From NCBI GenBank assembly GCA_949298875.1, contig CASFYI010000063.1, forward strand, positions 2,021 to 66,020: 64,000 nt of DNA. Direction: 5' to 3'. Shown here piece by piece: positions 10,811-22,111 of the stretch. Every line of letters begins with the position of its first letter. The first letter of the stretch is position 1. The stretch is from an uncultured Methanomassiliicoccales archaeon. GTDB lineage: Archaea > Thermoplasmatota > Thermoplasmata > Methanomassiliicoccales > Methanomethylophilaceae. Position numbers and translations under genes: made by a program. The notes beneath the pieces are model-generated. The model saw nothing but the letters and a program-made list of their open reading frames with translations, ran no database searches and was not told the origin of the DNA.

Positions 10811-10867
10811 TTCGAGTCACCTCTGTTCTTCGGTCGATCCAGGTTACGTAGGATATAAATCGGAAAC

Positions 10868-10881
10868 GTTGTTATAACAAC
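10868..10881. promoter_or_regulatory. Perfect 14-bp palindrome GTTGTTATAACAAC in the hcp/crp divergent promoter
   Basis: Exact inverted repeat next to TATA-like gatataaat; candidate operator. Confidence 0.55.
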
Positions 10882-10887
10882 AATTAT

Positions 10888-11547
10888 ATGAGAAGCCCAA
10901 TCCCCATCCTCAGGAACACCGGGATCTTCCTGGGGACATCTGATGATGAGATCACAGCGATGTGCAGATGCCTGAACGCCCGCAGGGAGAAGTATCCCAA
11001 GGGAGAGTTCGTGCTTCGCAGCGGGGACCCCGTCGACTGCCTGGGCGTCGTCCTCGACGGCCGCGTCGATGTCATAAAACAGGATTGGTGGGGGAACAGG
11101 ACTCTGGTCTCCTCTCACGGACCGGGCGATGTGATCTTCGCAGAGTACGCGTGCTCGATGGGCGAGCGGGCGGACACGAGTTTCGTCACCAGCGATCGGT
11201 CCGAGATCATGTTCTTCGAGATTTCCAGGGTGACGACGACCTGCCCGTCATCATGCCAGTTCCATTCGAGAGTCGTCAGGAATCTGGTCCAGGCCCTCGC
11301 CCGCGGCACCGTGGAGCGCGACAGGAGGCTGGGGCAGATGTCGAAGAGGAGCATCCGCGAGAAGGTGTGCGCCTACCTGTCCGACCAGGCCAGGATCGCG
11401 GGGAGCAACGAGTTCTCCATACCGCTGAACAGGCAGCAGATGGCCGACCATCTGGGCGTGGACAGGAGCGCCCTGTCGGCCGAGCTCGGAAGGATGCAGG
11501 CCGACGGCGTCCTGAGGTTCTCCAAGAACCGGTTCGAGCTCCTGCGA
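10888..11547 (+). CDS. Crp/Fnr family regulator, HcpR-like (ends at in-frame CGA, 219 aa)
   Basis: cNMP-like domain plus HTH RQQMADHLGVDRSALSAEL; family C-terminus KNRFELL followed by CGA 11545-11547. Confidence 0.88.
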
Positions 11548-12183
11548 TCGCCTGCGGCCCTCCCACTCGTCCAGGAACTCCTCCAGGAAGCCCTCCATGT
11601 AGCGGTGGCGGGACTCCGCCATGGCGCGGGCGGTCGGGGTGTTCATCATGTCCTTCAGCAGGAGCAGCTTCTCGTGGAAGTGGTTGACCGTCGTCCCGCG
11701 GTTGGCGAAGTAGGCGGCCTCGCCCATGCCCTCGCACGGCGGGACCTCCGGATCGTGCATCAGACGGCCCCTGCTCCCGCCGTAGGCGAAGGCCCTGGCT
11801 ATGCCGACGGCGCCTATGGCGTCCAGCCTGTCGGCGTCCTGAACTATCCTCCCCTCCAGCGATGCGGGCACCTCGGTGTCGGCTCCCTTGAACGATATCT
11901 TCGATATGATTTCCACGACCTCGTCCTGGATGCCGGGAGGTATGCCCTCGGAGTCCATGAAGTCCCTGGCGTTGCGGCTCCCCTGTCCGAAGAGCTTGCG
12001 GTCGTCCGCGTCGTGCAGGAGCGCCGCCAGACGGACGACGTCCATGTCGCCTCCCTCCCTGCTGCAGATGGTGACGGCGAGGTCGTGGACACGCATCGAA
12101 TGCCAGTAGTCGTGACCGCCGCTGTCGCCATCGAAGAGGTCGCGGATGAATGCCTTGGCGCGGTCGAAGGTCGCCTCGTCCAT
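11548..12183 (-). CDS. HD domain phosphohydrolase, YedJ-like (ends at in-frame CGA, 211 aa)
   Basis: GHDYWH, LLHDADD, VQDADRLDAIGA, HFHEKLL; family end FLDEWEG followed by CGA. Confidence 0.88.
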
Positions 12184-12207
12184 GCGGGGTCAACGGCTCG
12201 GGGGATA

Positions 12208-12789
12208 TCGACCTTTGCGAGAGGGCATCGCGTCAACGAGAGCCTCGGGATCGTCGCAGGTCATGGCCGACGACATCACCGCGGCGCCTTGCGCACCTGC
12301 CTCGAGGACGCTCTGGTAGTTGTCAGGGCCCACGCCCCCGATGGCGTACACGGGGACGTCCACGGCCGAGCAGACGTCGCGGAGGAATCCGAGCCCCCTC
12401 GGCTCGGTAGGCTTGCAGGCGGTTCCGAAAACGTGCCCCGCTATGAGATAATCCGCCCCGAGAGACACGGCCTCCTTGGCCTCCTCCACGGAGTGCACGG
12501 ACGCACCCACGAGGTCGAACCCCGACACGTCCCCCTCGCGGAGGTCCGGCATCGGCAGGTGGATCCTTCTGATCCCCAGCATGCCGGCCACCCACACGAA
12601 GTGGTTGACGACCAGAGGCACGCCTAGAGGGTCGCAGATGCGCTTGCATCCAGCCGCCAGTGCCAGGTACTCGCCCTCCGTGAGGTCCTTCTCCCTCAGG
12701 ATTATCATCTCCGGGCGGGCCTCGGCCAGCCTGGCGACCCTCGTCAGGAACGGCTCCCCGCACAGCGAGCGGGACGTGACGGCGATCAT
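12208..12789 (-). CDS. thiE: Thiamine phosphate synthase/TenI-like protein
   Basis: LREKDL, GASVHS, GHVF.T.CK, YAIGG; CGA at 12208, TGA at 12190 if read through. Confidence 0.8.
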
Positions 12790-13922
12790 TCCCTGGGCCC
12801 CGTGCGGACATAGTCGGCCATGACGGGCTGGAGGCCATTGGACCTCAGCGCCGAGACCACGTCGTCCACGCCCCTCGGGTCCGATATCACGAACTGGCCC
12901 TCGCCGTGGCCCGCCCCGCTGTGCTCCCCGATGCCGACGCTGACCCCGGCCGAGATCTTGGTGGCCGATATCCCGACGATCCCGTCCCTGAAACCGGGGC
13001 GCTCCCTGGTGGAGATGGTCTGCCCCGCATATGGCAGGAACAGGCGGTACGCCATGGAGACCTGGAGGAGCTGGGCCTCGCTCACGCCGGAGGACTGGTC
13101 CATGTGAGCGGCCGGCCTCAGCCTCGGGAGCGACATGGAGATCTCCGCGGCGGGATATCTGCGCTGTATCTCCATCGCGTGGAGCCCGCAGGCGAACGCG
13201 TCCCTCCTGAAATCGGCCAGACCCAGCAGGGCGCCGAAGGCCACCCCGCGCATGCCTCCCATGAGCGCCCTCTCCTGGGCGTTGAACCTGTACGAGAACA
13301 CGGACTTGGGACCGAACGGATGGAGCTCGTCGTACCTCCCGGTGTCATATGTCTCCTGGAACACCGTGACGTAGTCGGCGCCTGCCGCCTGGACCCTAGC
13401 GTAGTCTCCCGAGTTCATGGGGAAGACCTCGATGCCCACCTCGGCGAAGCGCTCGGCAGCGAGGGAGACACAGTCGCAGACGTACCTCACATCCTCCTCG
13501 GAGTGGGTCTCCCCTGTGAGCAGGAGGATGTCCTCCAGACCGGTGGCGGCGATGGCGTCGAGCTCGCGGGCGACGTCGTCCAGACCGAGCTTGAGGCGCT
13601 CGATCCGGTTCCCCTTGTGGAACCCGCAGTAGACGCATCCGTTGATGCAGTAGTTGGAGACGTACAGCGGGGTAAACATGCAGACGGAGTTCCCGAAGTG
13701 CGCGCGGGTGACCTCCCTCGCACGTGCGGCGATCTCCTCGAGGAGAGGCTCCGCAGCCGGCGACAGGAGCGCTGCGAATCCCTCGACGGACGGCTCAGCG
13801 CACATCGCCCTGCGGACGTCCGACTCGGTGTACGGTGAGGGATCGTAAACCTCGCGGGCGGCGAGGACGCGGTCCATGATGTCTGTTCCTATGTCCTCCA
13901 TCCACGGGAGGGGGTCCCTCAA
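12786..13922 (-). CDS. thiH: 2-iminoacetate synthase (radical SAM)
   Basis: [32 protein letters not shown]. Confidence 0.93.
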   Translation of the reverse strand: MRDPLPWMEDIGTDIMDRVLAAREVYDPSPYTESDVRRAMCAEPSVEGFAALLSPAAEPLLEEIAARAREVTRAHFGNSVCMFTPLYVSNYCINGCVYCGFHKGNRIERLKLGLDDVARELDAIAATGLEDILLLTGETHSEEDVRYVCDCVSLAAERFAEVGIEVFPMNSGDYARVQAAGADYVTVFQETYDTGRYDELHPFGPKSVFSYRFNAQERALMGGMRGVAFGALLGLADFRRDAFACGLHAMEIQRRYPAAEISMSLPRLRPAAHMDQSSGVSEAQLLQVSMAYRLFLPYAGQTISTRERPGFRDGIVGISATKISAGVSVGIGEHSGAGHGEGQFVISDPRGVDDVVSALRSNGLQPVMADYVRTGPRE

Positions 13923-14701
13923 TCGGATCCCCCCAGGAACCCGGTCAGCGGGCTGGAGGCCTCCGCGCGCCCCTCGAGAACCCTGCCGGTCCCCGCCAGA
14001 TAGGCCATGCGGCCCGCCTCTATGGCTGTGCGGAAGGCGCGGGCCATCATCGGGACGTCACGGGCGGTGGCGATGGCCGTATTCGCCATGACGGCCGCGC
14101 ATCCCAGCTCCATCGCCTCGCAGGCCTGGGACGGCTTCCCGATGCCCGCGTCCACGATAACGGGGACGTCGAGCTCCTCCACCATCATACGGACGAAGTC
14201 CCTCGTCAGGAGCCCCCTGTTGGACCCTATCGGGGCGCCGAGCGGCATGACGGCCGCGGCGCCGGCGTCCGCCATGTCCCTGGCGGCGGTCAGGTCCGGC
14301 ATCATGTACGGCATCGGGATGAATCCCTCGTCGGCGAGCATCCCGACGGCCCTGACCGTCTCGCGGTTGTCCGGCAGGAGGTACTTGGTGTCGCGGATGA
14401 TCTCCACCTTGACGAAGTCCCCGCACCCGAGCTCGCGGGCGAGCCTGGCTATCCTCACGGCCTCCTCGGCGGTGCGGGCACCGGAGGTGTTCGGAAGCAG
14501 CGTTATGCCCTCGGGCATGCTGTCCAGGACGTTCCCCTCCCCGGCGGCGTTGGCCCTCCTCACGGCGAGGGTCGCCATCTCCACGCCCCCCTCCTCGATG
14601 ACCCTGCGGGTCATCTCCAGCGAGAACTTCCCGGACCCGAGGATGAACCTCGAGTTGAACCTGCGACCTCCCAGAACCAACTCATCACTCATATCAATCA
14701 C
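13919..14701 (-). CDS. thiG: Thiazole synthase
   Basis: [39 protein letters not shown]; start may be 14689. Confidence 0.96.
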   Translation of the reverse strand: MIDMSDELVLGGRRFNSRFILGSGKFSLEMTRRVIEEGGVEMATLAVRRANAAGEGNVLDSMPEGITLLPNTSGARTAEEAVRIARLARELGCGDFVKVEIIRDTKYLLPDNRETVRAVGMLADEGFIPMPYMMPDLTAARDMADAGAAAVMPLGAPIGSNRGLLTRDFVRMMVEELDVPVIVDAGIGKPSQACEAMELGCAAVMANTAIATARDVPMMARAFRTAIEAGRMAYLAGTGRVLEGRAEASSPLTGFLGGSD

Positions 14702-15278
14702 CTTGAATGCAAAATCGGGGTTCCTCCCCCTGTGCCAGATGCATGGCCGCGAGCGCCATGTGACCCGCGCACACGGACACGCGGGCGGCGTTCAGCCTCC
14801 CCTCGGACGCCACGTCAGACACCCCGTCGCCGCAGACCCAGAGACGTCCCATCGCCCTGCGCGTGACTATGGAGTTGGCATCCCCGTCGCCGGCCATCCC
14901 GGAGCATGCGACCACCGTGAACCCGGCCTCCAGCAGGGTCTCGACGAGCATCGCCTTCGACTCCGGGTCGTCCAGGGCCTCGCACACCACGTCGCATGCG
15001 GAGAATATCCCGGCGGCGTTGGAGGTGTCGAGCCTCGTATCGTGGACCTCCACCGATGCCTCGGGATCGATGTCGTGCAGGACGGATACCAGAGCGTCCG
15101 TCTTGGACATGCCCAGATGGCGCGGCAGATATGCCTGTCTGGCTATGTTCGATTCGTCCACCGTGTCGAAATCCGCCACCACGAGGTCGCGGAACCCGGA
15201 GCGGACCAGCATGACGGCCACGTTGGAGCCCATGCCGCCCAGCCCGGCGATCCCTATGCGCACGCCGCTGCCCATCAT
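14694..15278 (-). CDS. thiF: Sulfur carrier protein adenylyltransferase
   Basis: [20 protein letters not shown]; thi operon context. Confidence 0.9.
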   Translation of the reverse strand: MMGSGVRIGIAGLGGMGSNVAVMLVRSGFRDLVVADFDTVDESNIARQAYLPRHLGMSKTDALVSVLHDIDPEASVEVHDTRLDTSNAAGIFSACDVVCEALDDPESKAMLVETLLEAGFTVVACSGMAGDGDANSIVTRRAMGRLWVCGDGVSDVASEGRLNAARVSVCAGHMALAAMHLAQGEEPRFCIQGD

Positions 15279-15502
15279 CCGCCTCCGACGAAGGAGACGA
15301 CCTCGACCGTCTCACCGCCTCTGATGACACGGGAGCCGAGATCCGCGCGGGGACAGATGTCCCCGTCGACCTCCACCGCGATGCGGGACCGGTCGTACCC
15401 CTCAGATCCCAGCAGATCCGCCAGCGTCGTCCCCTCAGGGAGCTCAATGACCTTCCCGTTGACGGTGACCGAGACGCAGGGGGATTCCATGACCATCCGC
15501 AT
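15275..15502 (-). CDS. thiS: Sulfur carrier protein
   Basis: VNG, IAVEVDG, C-terminal EVVSFVGGG. Confidence 0.92.
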   Translation of the reverse strand: MRMVMESPCVSVTVNGKVIELPEGTTLADLLGSEGYDRSRIAVEVDGDICPRADLGSRVIRGGETVEVVSFVGGG

Positions 15503-15555
15503 GATGAGCTCCCGTTAATTTCTATCGAATCCCCAACGGAACGTAGTTATCGACC

Positions 15556-15981
15556 ATGCCCGATGCCCGCCACATGGAGAGATACGTCCTCATCGACCAC
15601 ACAGCCGACATGATGGTCCGCGCCTTCGGCTCCACTCTTGAGGAATGCTTCGGCAACGCCGCCTATGCGCTGTTCGACCAGACCGTGGACCTCTCCAACG
15701 TCGGGACGTCCGAGTCCGTCGACATCCGCGTCACCGGCATAGACGACGAGGACAGGCTGTTCTCGTTCCTCTCCGAGATGCTGTTCATCGAAGACGCCGA
15801 CAACCTCATCCTGAGGGAGTTCGACGTCCGCTTCGAGGGGGACGACGTGGTCTGCACAGCGAGGGGCGAGAGGCTGGACCGCTCGAAGCACCGTGTGAGA
15901 TCAGAGGTCAAGGCCGTGACGTACCACATGATGCAGATCGACAGGGACACCCCGTCGGTCACGGTCCTGTTCGACGTCTGA
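15556..15981 (+). CDS. Archease
   Basis: DHTAD, EVKAVTYH, C-terminal LFDV. Confidence 0.93.
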   Translation: MPDARHMERYVLIDHTADMMVRAFGSTLEECFGNAAYALFDQTVDLSNVGTSESVDIRVTGIDDEDRLFSFLSEMLFIEDADNLILREFDVRFEGDDVVCTARGERLDRSKHRVRSEVKAVTYHMMQIDRDTPSVTVLFDV

Positions 15982-15993
15982 CCTGCCCGTGCC

Positions 15994-17424
15994 TCGGTCC
16001 ATCAGGGCCCAGCGACCCTTGTTCCTGGAACCCTCGCGGACCAGGACGCCCGCTTCCTTCAGCTCCCTGATTCTTCTAGAGATCGTGCTCGGAGATGTGT
16101 TCATCGCTGTGGCGATCTCCGACATCGTTGCATCCGGATTCGTTCTGAGGTATTCGATAACTCTGGCCCCTGTAACACCGACGGCGGGGTCGTGCGTCGG
16201 CGGCTTGGACGCACCTCTGACGATCTGCATCCTCACTTCCACTGTGGCCGGGTCCACGCTCTCCGTGAACGAAGGTGCTTCGAGACCCTGTTCGATACAG
16301 GTCCTGATCATGCGATGCATTCCGCTCCCGGCACGATCGACCAGACCGACGAGCATGAACATTTTCATGACATTGCGGTTCCTCGGATCGGAGTGTCCAC
16401 CCCGCTCGGCGAGACTTATGGGGATGCGAAAAGTTCCCGGGTTCCTAACTGCGAGAGAATCGCGTCTGAGCTCCACGCGTACACCACCGCTCCCGTTGTA
16501 ATCTGCATGGACAATCGCATTCAGGACGGCTTCCCTCTCGGCCTTCAGGAAATCACTGTCGTCCACGCGCACCACCCCGTCGAGATCGAACGGTCTACGC
16601 GCACCCCATCCGAGACGGTCGCTCACATATGTGTAGAAGTCGAACAGATTGCCAGACCATTCCCCGGTGTCGGTGGTCAGCCTGTCGGACCACTCATCGC
16701 CGTCCTCGTACTCGACGTAGTCTAGAAAGTACCTGGGGAGCTCTCTCGTGATCATATAGTCGCTGCCGAACATGAGGATTCCTGCGATTGTCGGCCTCAA
16801 TTCGCCAGCATCATCGAAGTCGGCCGCACCGATGAGCCTCAGGAACTCCTCGTTAGACTCCTTGTTCCAACGATGCGCCGGCATGCGACTAGACAACATG
16901 TTCCTGTATGCCCCTACAGCCTTGGAGTCCAGGTCCCTCAGGAGAGCCCTGGTACAGAGCGAGCTGTCCATCGAATCATCGCGGGCATCACGCAGCATCT
17001 CCGAGATCTCAGCCATTGAGCAGAGATAGTCTCCCTGACCATTGCGACGATAGGTGCCGCTGTTCATGGATCCGTTGATGTACACCGGGCGTCTCTGACG
17101 CTCCGCCCTGGGAACGGTCACGACTATGACGTCGACACCATCGACTTTCTCCACACTGATGTCATCGTTCAAAAGAAGGTTTACATTGACCTTTATCGGA
17201 TTGTTCAGAAGACTCCATAGATCGTCAACTACGCTGTCTGGATTCTCCACACCCGTCGCTATCAACTTCCTTTTGTCAGCGGGGTCCTCGGAAAGTCCCA
17301 GCACTATGGTCCCACCGAAGGTGTTGGCGAAAGCGGAATATGTCGGCCAGAAATCCTTGGGAAGCTTGTCCGAACACCTCTTCGCTTCGAAATTCACGCC
17401 TTCCCTCATCTTGTCGATATTCAT
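15994..17424 (-). CDS. Schlafen/AlbA_2 + HATPase_c_4 + wHTH protein, 'RecG-like' (ends at CGA)
   Basis: FEAK, YSAFANTFGG.IVLG, REAVLNAIVHADY, NPG, PRN, GSG; family end REGSRNKGRW then CGA 15994-15996; lower GC. Confidence 0.85.
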
Positions 17425-17576
17425 CTCTCGTCACCATGACTCATATGTTCATCCACATTAATAAGTCAATGGTAGATATAGTATGGTGATTGTTCAATCT
17501 CGTTTGAAATACGTACATAACATGATGCCAGATGTGGATTCTCGTTGATTATTTTCGTTTTCAACAACTGTATTTA

Positions 17577-17640
17577 TTCATGTCACACATCAAGTTAATG
17601 TCACTGTTCATGTCACTGTTCATGTCAACATTCATGTCAT
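17577..17640 (+). repeat. Tandem 12-bp repeats (ttcatgtcactg-like, about 5 copies)
   Basis: tt(c/a)atgtca cores at about 17577, 17595, 17607, 17619, 17631. Confidence 0.75.
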
Positions 17641-18165
17641 GACATTTTGCCGATGACAGTTGACATGTGTGTCTGTCTCCTGAACTGTGCGCTCCTCATG
17701 TGCGACGACCAGGAATCCACGTTTCCGCAACCCCCATGCATCTGCCGATGGACTTGTGTTCGCCGGAGTCAGAAAGTTGGACCGCCAAGGACATCGCATA
17801 AAGTATGAGACGAAGACCTTGACCTGCCACGTGACAGGAATCGCCGCGAAACGTTGTCGGTCACCGTGCTGTCCAACGTCTGATTGGAATCGAGCCTTCG
17901 TGACGACCACCTTGTCCTGCCTTTCGGTGACCAGATCATTGGAGTTGGACTCCGCCTAGCAGGTGACCGTTCGGAATCCGTCTGCGGACGATTCCATCGG
18001 GATCTGGACTCCGGCCCAGCAACAGGACTCGGAAGCTCAGGACCGTGCCGGCCCCACCACCTGCCCGCCGATGCGACGGTGCCTTGGGGACGCGGCGTCC
18101 CGTCCCACTCCGCCTCCGTCGTCAGAACGCCTTTAATTAGACGCACGCGCATAGACAGGGACATC

Positions 18166-18993
18166 ATGCTTAGACTCGGCTGGTTCTCCACAGGCAGGGG
18201 CCCGGGGTCCCGCAATCTCCTGAAGGCTGTCATGGACAGGAAGCTCGCCGGCGACCTGGACGTCGAGATCGCATTCGTCTTCTGCAACTGGTCCAACGAG
18301 GAGTCGGACAACCCGAAGCGCGACCAGCGCAGAATGTTCTTCGACATGATCGAGGGGTACGGGATACCTCTGGTCACGGTCTCGTGGAAGGAGTTCATGC
18401 CAGAGCTCAGGGCCTCCGACGAGGCCGCATGGCGCGACGAGTACGGGAAGGCCCTGAGGGCCGCCGTCGAGCCCTACGACTTCGACCTGGGAATCCTCGC
18501 CGGATACATGCTCTGGATGGACGACGAGACCTGTAACGAGTTCGACATGCTCAACCTCCACCCGGCGCTACCGGACGGACCCGAGGGCACCTGGCAGGAG
18601 GTCATCTGGCAGCTCATCTCCGAGGACGCGGAGAGACAGGGCGCCATGATGCACGTGTGCACCAAGGAGTGGGACCGCGGGGCGGCCATCACATACTGCG
18701 GGTTCCCTATCCGCGGAGGCGACTACGACGCCCTCTGGGAGCAGATGGGAAGGAAGCTGGAATCGTCCACCCTCGACCGGATCAAGGCATCCGAGGGACA
18801 GGAGGAACCCCTCTTCAAGAGAATCAGAGAGGATGGCGCGAAGCGCGAACTCCCTCTCATAACCGAGACCATCAGGGCCTTCGCCGACGGCAGGGTCAGG
18901 ATAGAGGACAAGAGGCCTGTGACCTCGGACGGTACCGTCCGCGGACCCGTGGACCTCTCCGAGATGGTCGACAGGGCGCTGGAGGACCAGCGA
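18166..18993 (+). CDS. purN: Phosphoribosylglycinamide formyltransferase-like protein (ends at CGA)
   Basis: LAGYM, LNLHPALP, GAMMH...WDRG; CGA 18991-18993 overlaps the next ATG (CGATG). Confidence 0.8.
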
Positions 18994-20105
18994 TGCCGGG
19001 AGAGTACGACCCCGCGGAGGAGCTCGGGCTCTTCCCCGACAGGATCCTCGTGACGAACCTCTGCGGTTTCGTCCTTCAGAACGACCCCCTCCGCGACGTC
19101 TGCGCCCGCTTCATCCGCAACGGCGCCCACTTCTACGACGTGGTCAGGAGATACGACCACCTCACCGCCTATGTGCTGGGCAGGGAGGAGGCCACGGCCG
19201 GCAACACCGCCAAATGGGTCATCCCTTTCCTGAAGGCCAACGGCGCCACCGACCATCTCCTGAAGAAGGCGTACGAGGAGACGCTCAGGTTCATGCCCGG
19301 CTCCGAGGACGCGCTCCGCTTCATATCCCGGATGCTCCCCACCTTCGTGTCCACCTCGATCTACAATCACGGATGGATGACCGTCGCCGACAGGATCGAC
19401 GTACCGCTGTGCGAGGTGTTCTGCTCCCAGACCGACCTCGACCACATGCAGTTCGGCCGCGCGGACGCCCGCAGGATGCGCGAGATGTGCGAGACGGTGA
19501 CGTCCCTGCGCATCCCGAAGGTCGAGTACGAGCTCAACGTCCCCATGGAGATCGACGAGTGGGACGTCAAGATCATCAGGACCCTGGACGACATCCTCCA
19601 GAACCAGATACCCGAACTCCCGGCCATGAGCCTCATGGAGTCCTCGGTGCCTGTGACGTCACACCGCAAGGCGTACCAGCTCCTGGACATCAGGAAGCAG
19701 ACCAACATCGACCTGGACTGCACCATGTACATCGGAGGGGACGACACGGACTACCAGTGCCTGGACCTCGTGAGGGACGCGGGCGGGGCGGCAGTCTCGT
19801 TCAACGGGACCGACTTCGCCGTGCGCGGGTGCAACATCGCCATCATGTCAAAGGAGTCCACCGTCGGGGCGGTCTTCGCCTCGCTGTTCTACGACCGCGG
19901 GATCGAGGCCATGATGGACCTGGCGTCGAACTGGGAGAGGCCGTACCTGAAGAAGTGCGAGTTCTCCGACAGGAACCTCCTGGACAGGATGCTCGCGGCC
20001 AACCCGCGCAGGCTGCCGGAGGTGCGGGTGGTGGACAGGCACAACGTGGACGAGGTCGCGAAGAGGAGCGCCGAATTCAGAAGGAAGATGATGCTCGGCC
20101 GCCGA
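18993..20105 (+). CDS. HAD-like protein (EhaR-like), apparently degenerate (ends at CGA)
   Basis: YIGG..TD, GGAAVSFNG..FA motifs; CGA 20103-20105 lies 20 nt before tRNA-Glu. Confidence 0.65.
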
Positions 20106-20125
20106 TGCGGTCGGGATTGGGGACA

Positions 20126-20201
20126 TGGTGCTCCGGACGGGATTCGAACCCGTGTGTCGGCCTCGAAAGGGCCGAATGATTGGCCGCTACACTACCGGAG
20201 C
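20126..20201 (-). tRNA. tRNA-Glu(TTC), CCA encoded
   Basis: gctccgg acceptor stem, anticodon arm cggcc-ctTTCga-ggccg, GGTTCGAATCC. Confidence 0.96.
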
Positions 20202-20305
20202 GTCGGAAGGCCATCGGAATCGCATTAATAAACCCTCTTGCGACGGAGACCGGGGGTTCGAAACATTATATAAATAACCGCCAAATCACCGGCCACGGGA
20301 GGAAG

Positions 20306-22111
20306 ATGGAAGAGACGGTGATGCTGACGGCGCTGGCGCTGTTCTCGCTGCTCGCCGCGGTCTGTTCCATCGTCTTCAACAAGTTCAAGCTGCCCCCGCT
20401 TATCGGCTACATCATCGCGGGCATCGTCCTGGTGAACGTCATGTTCCTATTCCAGGACAAGGGGACGATCCTCGCCGAAGAGGAGATCATCTCCTTCCTG
20501 AAGGACTTCGGACTGGTCCTGCTGATGTTCTGCATAGGGCTGGAGATCAACATCAAGAAGATTCGCAAGCAGGGGTCCTTCGCCATCCTCGTGGTGGTCA
20601 TCCTGCTGCCCCTCATGCTCACAGGGGGATTCGTGGCCGGGACGCTCCTCGGCTACGACATGACCCAGTCCCTCGTGCTGGGCGCCATAATCTCCGGATC
20701 GTCGTCCGCCGTGCTGCTCGCCGTGCTGAAGACGCAGAACAAGCTCGACCGCGACCACGTGGACATGCTCATCCTCGTCGCCATCATGGAGGACATCGGC
20801 CAGGTCATCATCCTTTCCATGATCACCCCGCTGATGGCGAACTACTCGGCAGGCGCCATGGGCGGGATGGACATCAACGAGATCATCGTCCTGATCGTCA
20901 AGATCCTCGCGTTCATGATCATCAGCATCGTCGTGGGCCTGAGGATCGTGCCGAGGATCATCAACTGGATCTCCGACAACGTGTCCGACGAGATCCTCAC
21001 GGTCGCATCCGTCGGACTGGCGTTCCTCATGGCCCTGCTGGCCACCTACGCCGGCCTGTCCATGGCCATCGGAGCGTTCCTGATGGGCATGATGGTGGCC
21101 AGCAGCAGGAAGGCCAAGGACGTGAACAGCAAGATCGGCCCCATGAGGGACCTGTTCATGGCCGTGTTCTTCATCAGCATAGGTGCGGAGGTCTATCCCG
21201 CGTCCATCCTGGTGGACAATATCGGCACCATCCTGATCTTCTTCGTCATCTACTTCGTCCTGATGACCTGCAACGGGTTCCTGGCGTACTGGATCGGGAA
21301 CGAGACCTGCAGGAACGGGTTCCTTTCTGCGATCAACCTCTGCGCCATGGGGGAGTTCGCGTTCATCATCGCCGCCGAGGCGCTGGCGGACAACGTCATA
21401 GACGACGGGTTCTACACCTCGGTCATCGGCGCGGCGCTGCTCTCGATGATAACCCTCCCGATCGTGTCGCGCTATGCAGGGAGCATCTGGGACGGGGTCG
21501 TGTCCAAGTGCCCCCGCCCCATCTACGCGGCCTGCTGCTCCCTCAACGATGCCAGGTCCAGGACCTACGACCGCCTCTCCGCATCCTCGAAGAAGTCCCA
21601 GAAGGCCGTCTACCGCAGCATGACCCATGCGTACATCAACATCCTGGTCATCGCGGCGATAGAGATCGCCTTCTACTTCCTCACGCCCCCGCTGAGCGGA
21701 TGGCTGCTGGAGTCCTTCGGATGGGATCGGACCGGATGGGTCCTGATGATCCTCGGCGTGAACTTCCTGTTCCTGACGATCCCCACGTACTACATGATCA
21801 ACAACGTGAAGTTCCTGGACGAGATCATCATCGGCGGCGCCAAGCGCATCGCCAACAGGGAGGGGCGCGACTCGAACCCCGTCGCCATGTACGAGAGGTT
21901 CCTGAACTTCCTTGACATCAACACGTACCTCCTGATCGTGCTGATCGACTTCCTGATAATCCTGATCGTCCCCAACGCCGTCGAGGTGGAGCTGTGGTAC
22001 TACGCGGCGATCGTAGCGGTGGCCGCGCTGGCGATACTCGTCCTCTACGTGAGGAAGCGCCGCCAGATAAGGACCGAGATGGCGGGGCAGGATCAGGAAG
22101 AGGATCAGCGA
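20306..22111 (+). CDS. Cation:proton antiporter (CPA2/KefC-like) (ends at CGA)
   Basis: GYIIAG, LLMFCIGLE, SSSAV, MEDI, GAFLMG, FFISIG, GEFAF; CGA 22109-22111. Confidence 0.88.

Noticed and set aside
10888-12627. Novel long or fused proteins implied by the ORF track (579-aa Crp, 782-aa antiporter, 863-aa MFS, 795-aa ORF, 665-aa ORF)
   Set aside because: Each extension starts at an in-frame CGA and is antisense or out-of-frame sequence of the neighbouring gene.
17577-17640. CRISPR array
   Set aside because: 12-bp tandem units with no unique spacers and no cas genes.
17632-18160. Short ORFs between the AlbA gene and purN
   Set aside because: No recognisable motifs, atypical composition, and the purN 5' extension contains CGA.
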